This document shows, in pieces, positions 8,844-17,734 of a DNA stretch of 32,000 nucleotides (the first letter of the stretch is position 1; each line of letters starts with the position of its first letter). Position numbers and translations under genes: made by a program. Source of the DNA: Rhodocyclaceae bacterium (lineage in GTDB: Bacteria; Pseudomonadota; Gammaproteobacteria; Burkholderiales; Rhodocyclaceae); NCBI GenBank assembly GCA_016704145.1, contig JADJAS010000007.1, forward strand, positions 48,565-80,564, read 5' to 3'. The notes beneath the pieces were generated by a model. It did no database searches, was not told the origin of the DNA, and worked only from the letters and a program-made list of their open reading frames with translations.

Positions 8844-9305
8844 TCAGGCAATCGCGGCGCGCATCTCCGCATAAACCGCCTGCTCCATGCGCAGCATCGC
8901 TTCCCGTTGTTCGGCCGGCCATTCGTACATCAGTGCCGTTGTCTTGACGCCTCGCCAGCTTTGGTCGCGGGCGCCCATGACCTCCATCTCCCACAGCATG
9001 ATGACGTTGGGCGCGGCCGCCTCGATGCGCGACTTGACTTGCCGAGCCCTGCCCTTGATCAGAAAGCTGACATCGTCGGGACCGATGACCTGCAATGACA
9101 CCAGGCCGGTGCGTTGTGCATTGGCCATCGCCGAACCGCCATCGTCGACACCGAAGCGCACGCACTTGTCGTCCAGGGCCACTACCCAGGTGTAGGCGGA
9201 GGTCGCATAGCCATCCGCGCCGGCCGTGAGCAACAAGGCCGGCGCGCCGGGACGCAGGTAGCCAAGCAGCCTGGCGGGAAGATTGGGGGTCACGCTACCG
9301 ATCAT
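8844..9305 (-). CDS. small PNPOx-like / flavin-reductase-like split-barrel protein (tentative), function unknown
   Basis: 153-aa ORF with SD AAAGGAA before ATG 9305. The pattern LLLTAGADGYATSAY...VRFGV...NAQRTGLVSLQVIGPDDVSFLIKGRARQV resembles FMN-binding split-barrel proteins. The assignment rests on pattern recognition only. Confidence 0.45.
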   Translation of the reverse strand: MIGSVTPNLPARLLGYLRPGAPALLLTAGADGYATSAYTWVVALDDKCVRFGVDDGGSAMANAQRTGLVSLQVIGPDDVSFLIKGRARQVKSRIEAAAPNVIMLWEMEVMGARDQSWRGVKTTALMYEWPAEQREAMLRMEQAVYAEMRAAIA

Positions 9306-9333
9306 TTCAGTGTTCCTTTAGGTGAGAAGGCGG

Positions 9334-9837
9334 TCAACGCCACGTCGCCGTGGCGTCATTGATGACTGACAAGAACCAGCGATCCAGCGCACTGGCGGCA
9401 AGCGGTACGGTCTGACGCGGCACGCTGCCTCGCCCGAACAGGCCGACTTCCAGCGCATCATCGCCGGCAAGCGGTTCCCCACCGAGCGAACGCGCGCCAT
9501 AGGCAACGATCACCACGTTCACGTCGGCCTGCGAATAGACACCGAGCACTCGGTCGACGGCCACGACCAACCCGCATTCCTCGGCGACTTCACGGACGAC
9601 GGCATCGGACAGGGACTCGCCGCACTCGACGTAGCCACCCGGCGGGGCCCAGTATCCCACCAACGGATCGACCCGCCGGCGAATCATGACCAGACCGTTG
9701 CGATGCTCGACCATGGCGAGACAGACCGGCGCGGGATTCCGATAGGCGACGGCGCCGCAGCACGAACAGCGCTCGCGCCGGCGGCCATCCACCTCGGCCC
9801 ATTCGAGGCGCGATCCGCACATTCGGCAATAGGCCAT
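9334..9837 (-). CDS. Nudix hydrolase with N-terminal zinc-ribbon
   Basis: Nudix box GGYVECGESLSDAVVREVAEECGL. N-terminal CRMCGS...CSCCGA four-Cys ribbon. ATG 9837 lies 6 nt after the upstream stop. Confidence 0.85.
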   Translation of the reverse strand: MAYCRMCGSRLEWAEVDGRRRERCSCCGAVAYRNPAPVCLAMVEHRNGLVMIRRRVDPLVGYWAPPGGYVECGESLSDAVVREVAEECGLVVAVDRVLGVYSQADVNVVIVAYGARSLGGEPLAGDDALEVGLFGRGSVPRQTVPLAASALDRWFLSVINDATATWR

Positions 9838-9843
9838 CGCCGC

Positions 9844-10245
9844 TCACACCACCGCCAAAGTCAGCCGTAGCGGATCGCCGTCGTGCAAGCCCAGCGAATC
9901 ACGTACCGACACCGCCGCCAGCAATTCCAGCTTGTCGGCCGGGTATCCGTCCACCTCGGGAACCACCGCCGTCGCCAGCAGGCCGCCGGCAAGCTCGGCG
10001 CCAAAACACTTGGCGCGGCAAAAGCCGGTCGCAGGCTCGATGGCCACGCCCGTGGCGCCTGCCATGCTCTCCCGCGCCAGCCGCCAGTTCTCCCCGTGCA
10101 TCAGCAGATTGAGTGTGCCCGGATAGGGCACATAGCCAAGCTTTGCCACGATCTGCTCGACCAGCCACGGCAACGATGCAAAGCCGGCACCCTCGCCGAG
10201 TCCAAAGGTCACGGTGCCCTCCACCGGCATCGCCAGCGGCGTCAT
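9844..10245 (-). CDS. archaeal-type CTP-dependent riboflavin kinase homolog (DUF120 / RibK-like)
   Basis: 133 aa. GLGEGAGFASLPW...LGYVPYPGTLNL and AVVPE...LELLAAVSVRDSLGLHDGDPLRLTL align well with my recollection of Methanocaldococcus MJ0056 RibK (GLGEGRYF...GFEPYEGTLNL ... LKDGD). The start overlaps the ubiX stop as ATGA. Confidence 0.7.
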   Translation of the reverse strand: MTPLAMPVEGTVTFGLGEGAGFASLPWLVEQIVAKLGYVPYPGTLNLLMHGENWRLARESMAGATGVAIEPATGFCRAKCFGAELAGGLLATAVVPEVDGYPADKLELLAAVSVRDSLGLHDGDPLRLTLAVV

Positions 10246-10841
10246 GCCGGATCGCCTCCGCCGTTCCCGGCGCGCTCGCGTTCTTCATTGCCCGTCCAGC
10301 GCTTGAACAGGTTGAGGTCAAGATCGAACTGGTCGAGCGCCTTGTTCACCGATTGGATGATCACGTCGTCGAGCGTCCGCGGGCGATGATAGAAAGCCGG
10401 CAGTGGCGGCACGAGTACCGCGCCGATTTCCGTCACCTGGGTCATCAAGCGAAGGTGGCCGAGATGAAGCGGCGTTTCGCGCACCATCAGCACCAGTTTG
10501 CGCCGCTCCTTGAGCGTGACGTCGGCGGCGCGGATCAGCAGGTTGGTATTGAACGAATTGGCAAGCGCCGACAGGGTCTTGATCGAACATGGCGCGATCA
10601 CCATGCCGTTGTGCCTGAACGAACCGGAGGAGATACAGGCGCCGACATCGTTGATGCTGTGCACGTGGCTGGCCAGATCCTTGACTTGCTCGACACTGTA
10701 ATCCGTTTCGTAGGCGATGGTCCGCTTGCCGGAATCCGACATCACCAGATGCGTTTCGACGCCAGCCTGACGCAATACTTCAAGAATGCGTACACCATAG
10801 ATGGCGCCACTCGCGCCCGAAATGCCCACCACCAGTTTCAT
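10242..10841 (-). CDS. ubiX: flavin prenyltransferase UbiX (prFMN synthase)
   Basis: MKLVVGISGASGAIYG N-terminus, plus MVIAPCSIKTLSALANS and RERRKLVLMVRETPLH. ATG 10841 overlaps the UbiD-like stop as ATGA and has GAGGAA upstream. The track start at 10859 is TTG and less likely. Confidence 0.9.
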   Translation of the reverse strand: MKLVVGISGASGAIYGVRILEVLRQAGVETHLVMSDSGKRTIAYETDYSVEQVKDLASHVHSINDVGACISSGSFRHNGMVIAPCSIKTLSALANSFNTNLLIRAADVTLKERRKLVLMVRETPLHLGHLRLMTQVTEIGAVLVPPLPAFYHRPRTLDDVIIQSVNKALDQFDLDLNLFKRWTGNEERERAGNGGGDPA

Positions 10842-12196
10842 ACCTTGGTTCCTCGCCAATCCAGATTCGCCACGACCGACCGTGCCACGGCGACAGCCTC
10901 CAACGGAATGGCGATCTTGTCAAACTCCGGGCCAGATCCGCGCGTGGCGTCGAAGCCCATTTTCGACCCGGTGCCTGCGGCGGACGAGGGGTCGATGACG
11001 TAACCTTCCATACCATCGAGAACCACCAGGTCGCGTGCCGCCTGAAAACGGGTAGCGAGGGCCCAGGCCACTTCGCGCGGATTCCGAATATCGACATCGT
11101 CATCGACCACAGTGACGCTCTTCAAGCGTTTGTCCAGGGTCAGCGCCAGATGAATGATCCTGCGCACTTCGTGCGAGGGACAGTGGCGCACCGCAATCAC
11201 GCCAGCGAAGCTGCTGGTGCCAGGCACCAGTTCCAGGTCCACGATCCCGCGCGCCAGGCTCTTGAGTTGCCCCAACAGTTCGGCGCCACCGGCAAGGGAG
11301 AGCAGGGTATCGACATCCGCCGTCCACGGCACGAGCGCCGGAAAGATGAAATCTTCGCGATGGCAGACCGCGCTCAGCTCGACCACGGGGCTGGTATTGG
11401 AAAAGTAGCAGCCCGTGTTCTCGCCAAACGGTCCCTCGGGTTCACGCACCCCGGGAAACACATGGCCCTCCAGGACGACTTCGGCGCGCGCCGGGATATC
11501 CAGGTCTACTGTCAGGCCCCGAACCAGTTCCACCGGCGCTCCGCGCAGCGCCCCGGCAATCTCCATCTTGTCGGGGCCCAGCGGCCCGACCTTCACCACC
11601 GCCGCCATCAGCAGCGCCGGCTCGACCCCAAGCGCCACCGCCACCTCGAGCGGCTCGCCCCGACTCTCTGCGTTGGCGAGAAACTGCGAAAGGGGAGGAT
11701 TGGCGAGCAGAATACCGAAACGGTTCCCGCCCTTGTACATCATCCGGTGGATGCCCATGCCGCGCTGGCCGGTCGCCGGGTCGCGCGCCAGCACCACACC
11801 GCAGGTCAGGAACGGCGCCGCGTCCTTTTCGTAATGCGTCAGCAGCGGCAACAAGGCGGCGACATCGCACGGTGCGCGGTGCACGACGGCATGCACCGGC
11901 GCAGCCGTCGCCCGCACGGGCGGCACTCGTTGAGCACTGCGCGCGACGTAGGTATCCACCAGCTTGCCCTCGTCGGCGCCTAGCGCCCGAGCCGCCAGCC
12001 GCCGGCTCGCCAGCAGGTTGCCGGCGACGCGCCGACCGGGATACCCCTTGATGTTATCGCAGACGACGGCGCGGCCACTGGCCTGCATTTCCGCGAGCAG
12101 CGCAGCAACCTCGAAGCGCGGGTTCAGGGGGGCGTCGACACGAATGACGTCGTCGCCAAGACCTTCCAGAAATGCGCGCAAATCAGGATAGGCCAT
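10838..12196 (-). CDS. UbiD-family (prFMN-dependent) decarboxylase/carboxylase paralog, third copy in the operon
   Basis: 452-aa ORF with the UbiD-like N-terminus MAYPDLRAFLEGLGDDVIRVDAPLNPRFEVAALL and PFGENTGCY. It is collinear with the two larger UbiD-like genes upstream. Confidence 0.8.
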   Translation of the reverse strand: MAYPDLRAFLEGLGDDVIRVDAPLNPRFEVAALLAEMQASGRAVVCDNIKGYPGRRVAGNLLASRRLAARALGADEGKLVDTYVARSAQRVPPVRATAAPVHAVVHRAPCDVAALLPLLTHYEKDAAPFLTCGVVLARDPATGQRGMGIHRMMYKGGNRFGILLANPPLSQFLANAESRGEPLEVAVALGVEPALLMAAVVKVGPLGPDKMEIAGALRGAPVELVRGLTVDLDIPARAEVVLEGHVFPGVREPEGPFGENTGCYFSNTSPVVELSAVCHREDFIFPALVPWTADVDTLLSLAGGAELLGQLKSLARGIVDLELVPGTSSFAGVIAVRHCPSHEVRRIIHLALTLDKRLKSVTVVDDDVDIRNPREVAWALATRFQAARDLVVLDGMEGYVIDPSSAAGTGSKMGFDATRGSGPEFDKIAIPLEAVAVARSVVANLDWRGTKV

Positions 12197-12202
12197 GCCG
12201 GG

Positions 12203-12457
12203 CTACAGGTACTTCGCCGGCATGCGCTGCACTTCGTCCAGCACCTGGATGGAAAAACGGTTGTTGCTCAGCTGGCCGCGACCGAGGCGCACTTGCAGTT
12301 GGTCGACGTGCTTCTTCAAGTTGGTGGAGACCTGGCACTTCACCCGCTTGTAGGTGAACTTGTGCAAGCCGGGGTTGAGCGTGCGGATGGTCAGCTCGAG
12401 ATCGGTGTCCTCGGCGAGTTCCTTCACGTCGTTCACGAAAACTTCCCATTGGTTCAT
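12203..12457 (-). CDS. ppcD: phenylphosphate carboxylase small (about 10 kDa) subunit
   Basis: 84-aa ORF with SD GAGGAGA before ATG 12457. Its size and its position directly after the second UbiD-like subunit match the ppcBCAD order I recall for Thauera/Aromatoleum. The subunit letter is assigned from gene order and size. Confidence 0.65.
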   Translation of the reverse strand: MNQWEVFVNDVKELAEDTDLELTIRTLNPGLHKFTYKRVKCQVSTNLKKHVDQLQVRLGRGQLSNNRFSIQVLDEVQRMPAKYL

Positions 12458-12469
12458 TTGCTTGTCTCC

Positions 12470-13918
12470 TCACTTCACGGGTGGGTAGCCATACGCCGTC
12501 CAGTTGGCAAGCACCTTGTCCTGGATCGCCTGCGGATAGACGTTCTTGAACGACACCAGGGTAGGCACGTCGTTGACCGGGTCCCAATCGACCGGCCAAA
12601 GGCAATCGAACAGCACCTTGGAGCCGATGGAATACTTGCGTTCGTGAGGCGTGGCAAACGGATAGAGCGGCGTGCCGGTGGTGTTCTTGTAGACGTGGAT
12701 ACCGTTGGCCGGATGACAACGGGTGCAGAAGGCGTGATAGACCTCGTCCCAGTTGTAGATGTCGGTCTTGTCATCGACCACCATCACCATGTGGAACCAT
12801 GGGCCGAGCTTGGAGCCAAAAGCAAGTTGCGCAATCTGCTGGGCGATCCCCGAGTACGTTGGCTTGACGCCGACGATCATCATGTGGTGCGTTGAGCGCG
12901 GGTGCATGTACACGCCGGTGACCGGGATGCCCTGACTTTTCAGCAGCTTCTCCAGCTCGAGACCGAGCGAGAAGGAGCGCAGCAACTGCCCCTCGTCCTG
13001 CGGCACGCCCATATTGGAGATGGTCATCGTCGCGTTGTTGCGGAAGGTGATGCAATTGACGCGAAAAGTGACGCGGAACTCACGCGGGCTGGTGCGATAG
13101 CCGGTGTATTCGCCGAAGGGTCCTTCCTCCACCTTGTAGTCGGGGCAGATCTCGCCCTCGAGGATAATCTCGGCGTCGGCCGGCACCTCGAGGTCATTGG
13201 TCTCGCACTTCACCAGGCGCGCCGGCTCGCCGGCCAGCATGCCGACCAGATCCGGCTCGGGAATCGGCGAGGGCGCGCAGGCCGCCATGGCGGCCAGCGG
13301 CGACAGGCCGATGGCGGTGGCGAACGGGCAACTCTCGCCGCGCGGCAGGTAGTAGTCGTTCAGTGCCTTGCCCAGATCGGAAAAGGGAAACACCGCGCCC
13401 GACATGGTGCGCGAATCGAACATCATCTGGCGATACATACCCCAGTTCACGTCACCGCGCACCGGGTGCTTGGTCACCACGGCGTGCCAGGTACCGACAT
13501 AGCGGCCGCCGTCGCCCTCGTGCACCAGCGGTACCGGCAGCTTGCACAGGTCGACGTCGGCGCCCTTGAGGATGTTCTCTTTGCAGGGCGCGTCCTTCTT
13601 GTCCACCAGCACTGGCGGGACCGGCTCGCCGTTGGTGCGCTTGAGGTACTCCTTGCCGATCTCGGGCAGGCTGGCAGCCGGATCCATGCCGAGCGAGATG
13701 GCCATGCGCCGATAGGTCGACAGCGGCGCACCGAAATAGGAGAAGCCGGGATAGTCCTTGATCCGCTCCATGAAGGGCGCCGGCGCCGCCAGCTCGCAGG
13801 CGCGGCGAACGATCGCTCCGGCTTCGTTTTCCCAATCCACTTCCTGCTTGATGCGCACGGCGTCGCCGCTTTTGATGCAGGCCTCGATGAACTCGCGATT
13901 GCTGCGGGGTGCCGCCAC
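12470..13918 (-). CDS. ppcA: phenylphosphate carboxylase UbiD-like large subunit (about 54 kDa)
   Basis: UbiD-family sequence (EGPFGEYTGY). I prefer GTG 13918, preceded by AAGGAGA (7-nt spacer), giving 482 aa. This removes the 28-nt overlap implied by the track start at 13957. Confidence 0.8.
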   Translation of the reverse strand: MAAPRSNREFIEACIKSGDAVRIKQEVDWENEAGAIVRRACELAAPAPFMERIKDYPGFSYFGAPLSTYRRMAISLGMDPAASLPEIGKEYLKRTNGEPVPPVLVDKKDAPCKENILKGADVDLCKLPVPLVHEGDGGRYVGTWHAVVTKHPVRGDVNWGMYRQMMFDSRTMSGAVFPFSDLGKALNDYYLPRGESCPFATAIGLSPLAAMAACAPSPIPEPDLVGMLAGEPARLVKCETNDLEVPADAEIILEGEICPDYKVEEGPFGEYTGYRTSPREFRVTFRVNCITFRNNATMTISNMGVPQDEGQLLRSFSLGLELEKLLKSQGIPVTGVYMHPRSTHHMMIVGVKPTYSGIAQQIAQLAFGSKLGPWFHMVMVVDDKTDIYNWDEVYHAFCTRCHPANGIHVYKNTTGTPLYPFATPHERKYSIGSKVLFDCLWPVDWDPVNDVPTLVSFKNVYPQAIQDKVLANWTAYGYPPVK

Positions 13919-13929
13919 GTCTCGTCTCC

Positions 13930-14436
13930 TTATATCTTGGAAAGAATCTTGTCCCACTTGCCCTGCGTCTTCAGGATCAACTCGGCCACCTCGCGCACGG
14001 CGCCATGGCCGCCAGGCGCCTTGGTGACGTACACCGCCGCCTCCCGCACTTCATCCACCGCGTCGGCCACCGCCACCGGGAAGCCGACCCGCTTCATCAT
14101 CGACAGGTCGACCAGGTCGTCGCCGACGTAAGCCACCTGGCTGTCGGTGATGGCCATCTCCTTCAGCATCAGCTCGTAGGGCTCGGTCTTCTTCTTGATG
14201 CCCTCGTGGAAGTACTTGATCTTCAGCTCATCGGCGCGGTGGCGCACGGCGCCCGACTTCTTCGAGGTGATGATGGCGACGTCGACACCGGTCATCTGCA
14301 GCGCGACCACGCCGAAGCCGTCCTTGATGTCGAAGTTGCGCTGCTCCAGGCCATTGTCGTCGATGACGATGCGCCCGTCGGTCATGACCCCGTCGACGTC
14401 GAGGATGACCAGCTTGATGTCTTTCGCCTTGTCCAT
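13930..14436 (-). CDS. ppcC: phenylphosphate carboxylase 18-kDa HAD-phosphatase subunit (KdsC-like)
   Basis: 168 aa. HAD motif I (ILDVDGVMTDG), ITSKKS, and a GDDLVDL motif typical of KdsC-type phosphatases. It lies between the two UbiD-like subunit genes. Confidence 0.8.
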   Translation of the reverse strand: MDKAKDIKLVILDVDGVMTDGRIVIDDNGLEQRNFDIKDGFGVVALQMTGVDVAIITSKKSGAVRHRADELKIKYFHEGIKKKTEPYELMLKEMAITDSQVAYVGDDLVDLSMMKRVGFPVAVADAVDEVREAAVYVTKAPGGHGAVREVAELILKTQGKWDKILSKI

Positions 14437-14445
14437 GTTTCCCTC

Positions 14446-15864
14446 TCAGTCGATTCCGTATTCCGCCCAGCGGCCGCGTATCTTCGCCAGCATCGCCTCG
14501 TCCATGCGCGCCTCGACCGGCTTCTGCTTCCACTCGTAGGGAATGCAGGCGTCCATCAGGATGCGCGAGGTGGTGAGCTTGTCCGAGTTCGGGTCGAGCG
14601 CCGGATCGAGCGGGGTGGAGCGGCCACGCTTGATCAGCTCCGTGCCGCGCAACGGGTCGTAGCGGCATGACAGCGCCCAGAACACGCGCTGCAGGTCGTC
14701 GGCCATGATGTCCTCATCCACCGTGATGACACCCTTGATGCCGTAGGAGCCGGTGTTGCTGCCGATCACCGCGTCGGCGACCTGGCGCGAATGTCCCGGG
14801 TAGGACTGCTTGAGCGAGACGACGGCCCAGAAACGGCCGGCCGACTCGGGCAGCACGCAGACCGACTGCACGCCGGGGATCTTCATCTTCTCCAGTTCGG
14901 TCCACAGCGTCGCCGTGCGGGTGAAGGCGAGCAGCATGTGCACGTCGGTCACCGGGCGACCCTGGCCGGTGGCCCACAGCACGGAGTTGTTGCGGTGAAG
15001 GATCTGCTTCACCTCCAGCGCCGGCTTGAGGATCGGCTTGTGCAGTTCGTCGGTGTAGTAGCCGGTGTATTCGGCAAAGGGGCCTTCCTGGCGGAAGTTG
15101 TTCGGGTCGATCTCGCCTTCCAGCACGATCTCGGCGCCGGCCGGGACCGGCAGGCCGGTCAGCGGCGCCATCAGGAATTCGGCCGGCTGGCCGCGCACCG
15201 TGCCGGTGATGTCGAAGTCGTTGGCGCCCTTGTGCATCAGCGTGCCGGCCATGAAGATCAGCGGGTCGCAACCGATCACCGCGGCGGCCGGCATCTTCTT
15301 GCCCATCTTGGCGTACTTCTTCATGATCCGCTCACCACGCTTGCCCGGCAGAATCTGCACGCCGCAGGTCTTGTCGTCGAGCATCTGCATCCGGTAGGTG
15401 CCAAGATTGGTCTCGCCGGTCTCGGGGTCGCGCAGCACGACGAATACCATGGTGCCGATGTAACGACCGCCGTCGAGCGGAAAGAATTTCGGCACCGGGA
15501 ACATATTGAGGTCGACCTTGTCGCCGGCAAGGATGTTCTCCAGCACCGGGCCGTCCTTGACCTCCTTCGCCTTGATCAGTCCTTCGGAAGTGATGGTCTT
15601 CTTCATCCAGGCCTGGGCCGACTCGCACATCGACAGGTGGTGCGGTAGACCGAGCATGATGGCCAGGCGCTTGGTGGTGGCAAAGGCACCGGTGAACACC
15701 GGCGTGTCGTAGCCACTGACTTTCTCGAACAGCAACGCCGGGCCCTTGCGCTCCTCGGTCAACTTGGAGACATGCGATATCTCGAGGTTCCAGTCGACTT
15801 CTGTCGTGATCCGCCTCAGCTCGTTGGCCTCGTCACACTGATTGATGAAATAACGCAAATCCAT
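14446..15864 (-). CDS. ppcB: phenylphosphate carboxylase UbiD-like large subunit (about 53 kDa)
   Basis: 472-aa UbiD-family ORF (EGPFAEYTGYY). SD GAAGGAG lies before ATG 15864, 20 nt after the ppsC stop. Confidence 0.8.
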   Translation of the reverse strand: MDLRYFINQCDEANELRRITTEVDWNLEISHVSKLTEERKGPALLFEKVSGYDTPVFTGAFATTKRLAIMLGLPHHLSMCESAQAWMKKTITSEGLIKAKEVKDGPVLENILAGDKVDLNMFPVPKFFPLDGGRYIGTMVFVVLRDPETGETNLGTYRMQMLDDKTCGVQILPGKRGERIMKKYAKMGKKMPAAAVIGCDPLIFMAGTLMHKGANDFDITGTVRGQPAEFLMAPLTGLPVPAGAEIVLEGEIDPNNFRQEGPFAEYTGYYTDELHKPILKPALEVKQILHRNNSVLWATGQGRPVTDVHMLLAFTRTATLWTELEKMKIPGVQSVCVLPESAGRFWAVVSLKQSYPGHSRQVADAVIGSNTGSYGIKGVITVDEDIMADDLQRVFWALSCRYDPLRGTELIKRGRSTPLDPALDPNSDKLTTSRILMDACIPYEWKQKPVEARMDEAMLAKIRGRWAEYGID

Positions 15865-15884
15865 TGATGATGCTCCTTCTCGGG

Positions 15885-16583
15885 TTAGTGCTGTGTGTTG
15901 TCCGTCGTCGCCATCGGTCTCGTGGCCTGGACCGATTCGATCACCTGAAAGCCAGCTCGCTCGATCGCCGCCACGACCTGCCCGGTATCGTCACTGTGAA
16001 ACCGGATCACCACGCGCTTGAACGGATGTGTTCGCGGATTGACATCAGTCGGTTTGCCAATGGGATAGATCGCCTGCAGTTCGGCGCCGGCGGCTTCGAC
16101 GATGTCGGCAATCCGTCCGATCGTGCCGGGCTTGACATCCATCGGCGCCAAGGTGACACCGCTGCGTTTTTCCCAGGCGCTCAGGAAGTGGGCCGCCAGG
16201 GCGAACATCTCGTTCGCCGAGATGATGCCGACGACCCGGCCATCCTCCATCACTGGCAACTGGGCGATGCCATGTTCAATCCCCACTTCCAGGCAGTGCT
16301 CCATGGTGTCGGACGCCTGGATGGTGACCGGATTGCGCACCATCAGGTCCTTGACCTTGACGCGCGTCGAGAAGTAGTTCTGTTCGTCGGCATCCTGCGT
16401 TCGCAGGACATAGTGCGCGGCACGCAGACAAATCGCCCGCGTGATCAGTCCGCGCAGCCGGCCATCATCCACCACCGGCAGCCCGTGCAGATTGTTGTCC
16501 GTGATGATTTGTTTCGCCTCGTGCACCAGGGTGTCGCTGCCGACTACGATGGGGTTCCGTTGCATCCAGTTGCGTACCAGCAC
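15885..16583 (-). CDS. ppsC: phenylphosphate synthase stimulating subunit (CBS-pair plus ACT-like domain)
   Basis: 232 aa (about 24 kDa). Two CBS-like repeats (MQRNPIVVGSDT...GLPVVDDGRLRGLIT and MVRNPVTIQASD...QLPVMEDGRVVGIIS). GTG start at 16583 is preceded by AAGGGAGAA. Confidence 0.8.
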   Translation of the reverse strand: MLVRNWMQRNPIVVGSDTLVHEAKQIITDNNLHGLPVVDDGRLRGLITRAICLRAAHYVLRTQDADEQNYFSTRVKVKDLMVRNPVTIQASDTMEHCLEVGIEHGIAQLPVMEDGRVVGIISANEMFALAAHFLSAWEKRSGVTLAPMDVKPGTIGRIADIVEAAGAELQAIYPIGKPTDVNPRTHPFKRVVIRFHSDDTGQVVAAIERAGFQVIESVQATRPMATTDNTQH

Positions 16584-16595
16584 CGTCTTCTCCCT

Positions 16596-17711
16596 TCACA
16601 TGAGACGCTTGCCCGCCAGCAGGCTGGACACGATGTAATCCATCGCGGAAGCGGTCGCCGTGACCGTCGCCGCTGGCTGACGGTTGCTCCAGATCGTCTC
16701 GGGGCGTGCCTGGAGGATGTAGATGTTGCCGCCCGCCGGCAGCGCCTTGTCAACGGCCCACTCGATGTCCATCGGCCGGCCATAGTGCTTCTCGATTTTC
16801 TTGGCCATCCAGGCGAGCTCGGTAATTTCGTCGTCGATCAGGCACTGTATCGATTGCCGCTCGAAGGGCACTTCCGTCGCCACCGACTTCTGGACCCGGG
16901 GGTCGACCGTGTAACACATCAGTTTGGTGGAAATGGTCCGCTCCAGGATGTCCAGCGTCACCTTGTTCACCACGAAATGATCGGGCGTCACCTCACCCGA
17001 GACCACCGACTCGCCGAATCCGAAGTTGGCGTCGATGACGATCACCGAGCGATCGCCGGTCGCCGGATGCAAAGTGAACATCACGCCCGCCGCATAGGCA
17101 TTAGCCATCTTCTGCACGCCGACGCTGATCGCCACCTGATCGTGGGGGAAACCCATCTTCGAGCGATACGCAATCGCTCGCGCCGTGTAAAGACTGGAGA
17201 TGCATCGACGCACATGATGAATCACGTCGTCGAAGCCACGAATCCAAAGATAGGTGTCCTGCTGCCCGGCGAAACTGGCGCCCGGGAGGTCCTCGGCCGT
17301 GGCGCTCGAACGGATCGCCACCGGCACCGAGGCCTGGCAGCAGCGTACCGAAAGTTTGCGATAGGCCTCGCCGATCAGATCCTCCAGTTCGATCGACATC
17401 GGTCGCGACTCGATCATGTCCCTGATGGCGGCCGACGACTTCTCCAGGCGGTCGAGATTGTCGTGATCGAGCCCCTGCAACAGTCCGGCAATCTCGGACT
17501 GAATCCCCGCCGCGCGCATGAATTCAGCGAAACCCGCGGTGGTCAAGGCGAAGCCCGGCGGAACCCTCGCGCCCGAACTGATCAGTTCGCCCAGCGAGGC
17601 GCACTTGCCGCCAACGAGCGAAATCGAGTCCTTGGTGCATTCCTCGAACCAGCTGAGCAAGGGAATTTTCGTCGCCGCTTCGCCAGGCTTTGCGGCCAAG
17701 ACGGTAGTCAT
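16596..17711 (-). CDS. ppsB: phenylphosphate synthase beta subunit (PEP synthase N-terminal ATP-grasp-like)
   Basis: 371 aa (about 40 kDa). The GGKCASLGELISSGARVPPGFALT signature matches the PEP/pyruvate-binding N-domain of PEP synthase/PPDK. SD ACGGAGA lies before ATG 17711. Confidence 0.85.
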   Translation of the reverse strand: MTTVLAAKPGEAATKIPLLSWFEECTKDSISLVGGKCASLGELISSGARVPPGFALTTAGFAEFMRAAGIQSEIAGLLQGLDHDNLDRLEKSSAAIRDMIESRPMSIELEDLIGEAYRKLSVRCCQASVPVAIRSSATAEDLPGASFAGQQDTYLWIRGFDDVIHHVRRCISSLYTARAIAYRSKMGFPHDQVAISVGVQKMANAYAAGVMFTLHPATGDRSVIVIDANFGFGESVVSGEVTPDHFVVNKVTLDILERTISTKLMCYTVDPRVQKSVATEVPFERQSIQCLIDDEITELAWMAKKIEKHYGRPMDIEWAVDKALPAGGNIYILQARPETIWSNRQPAATVTATASAMDYIVSSLLAGKRLM

Positions 17712-17734
17712 GCGTCGTCTCCGTGGTTCGGGTG

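Noticed and set aside
6686-8947. 753-aa ORF on the plus strand
   Set aside because: It is antisense to the metallophosphoesterase and PaaK-like genes, has no recognisable domains and would span three minus-strand genes. I treat it as a shadow ORF.
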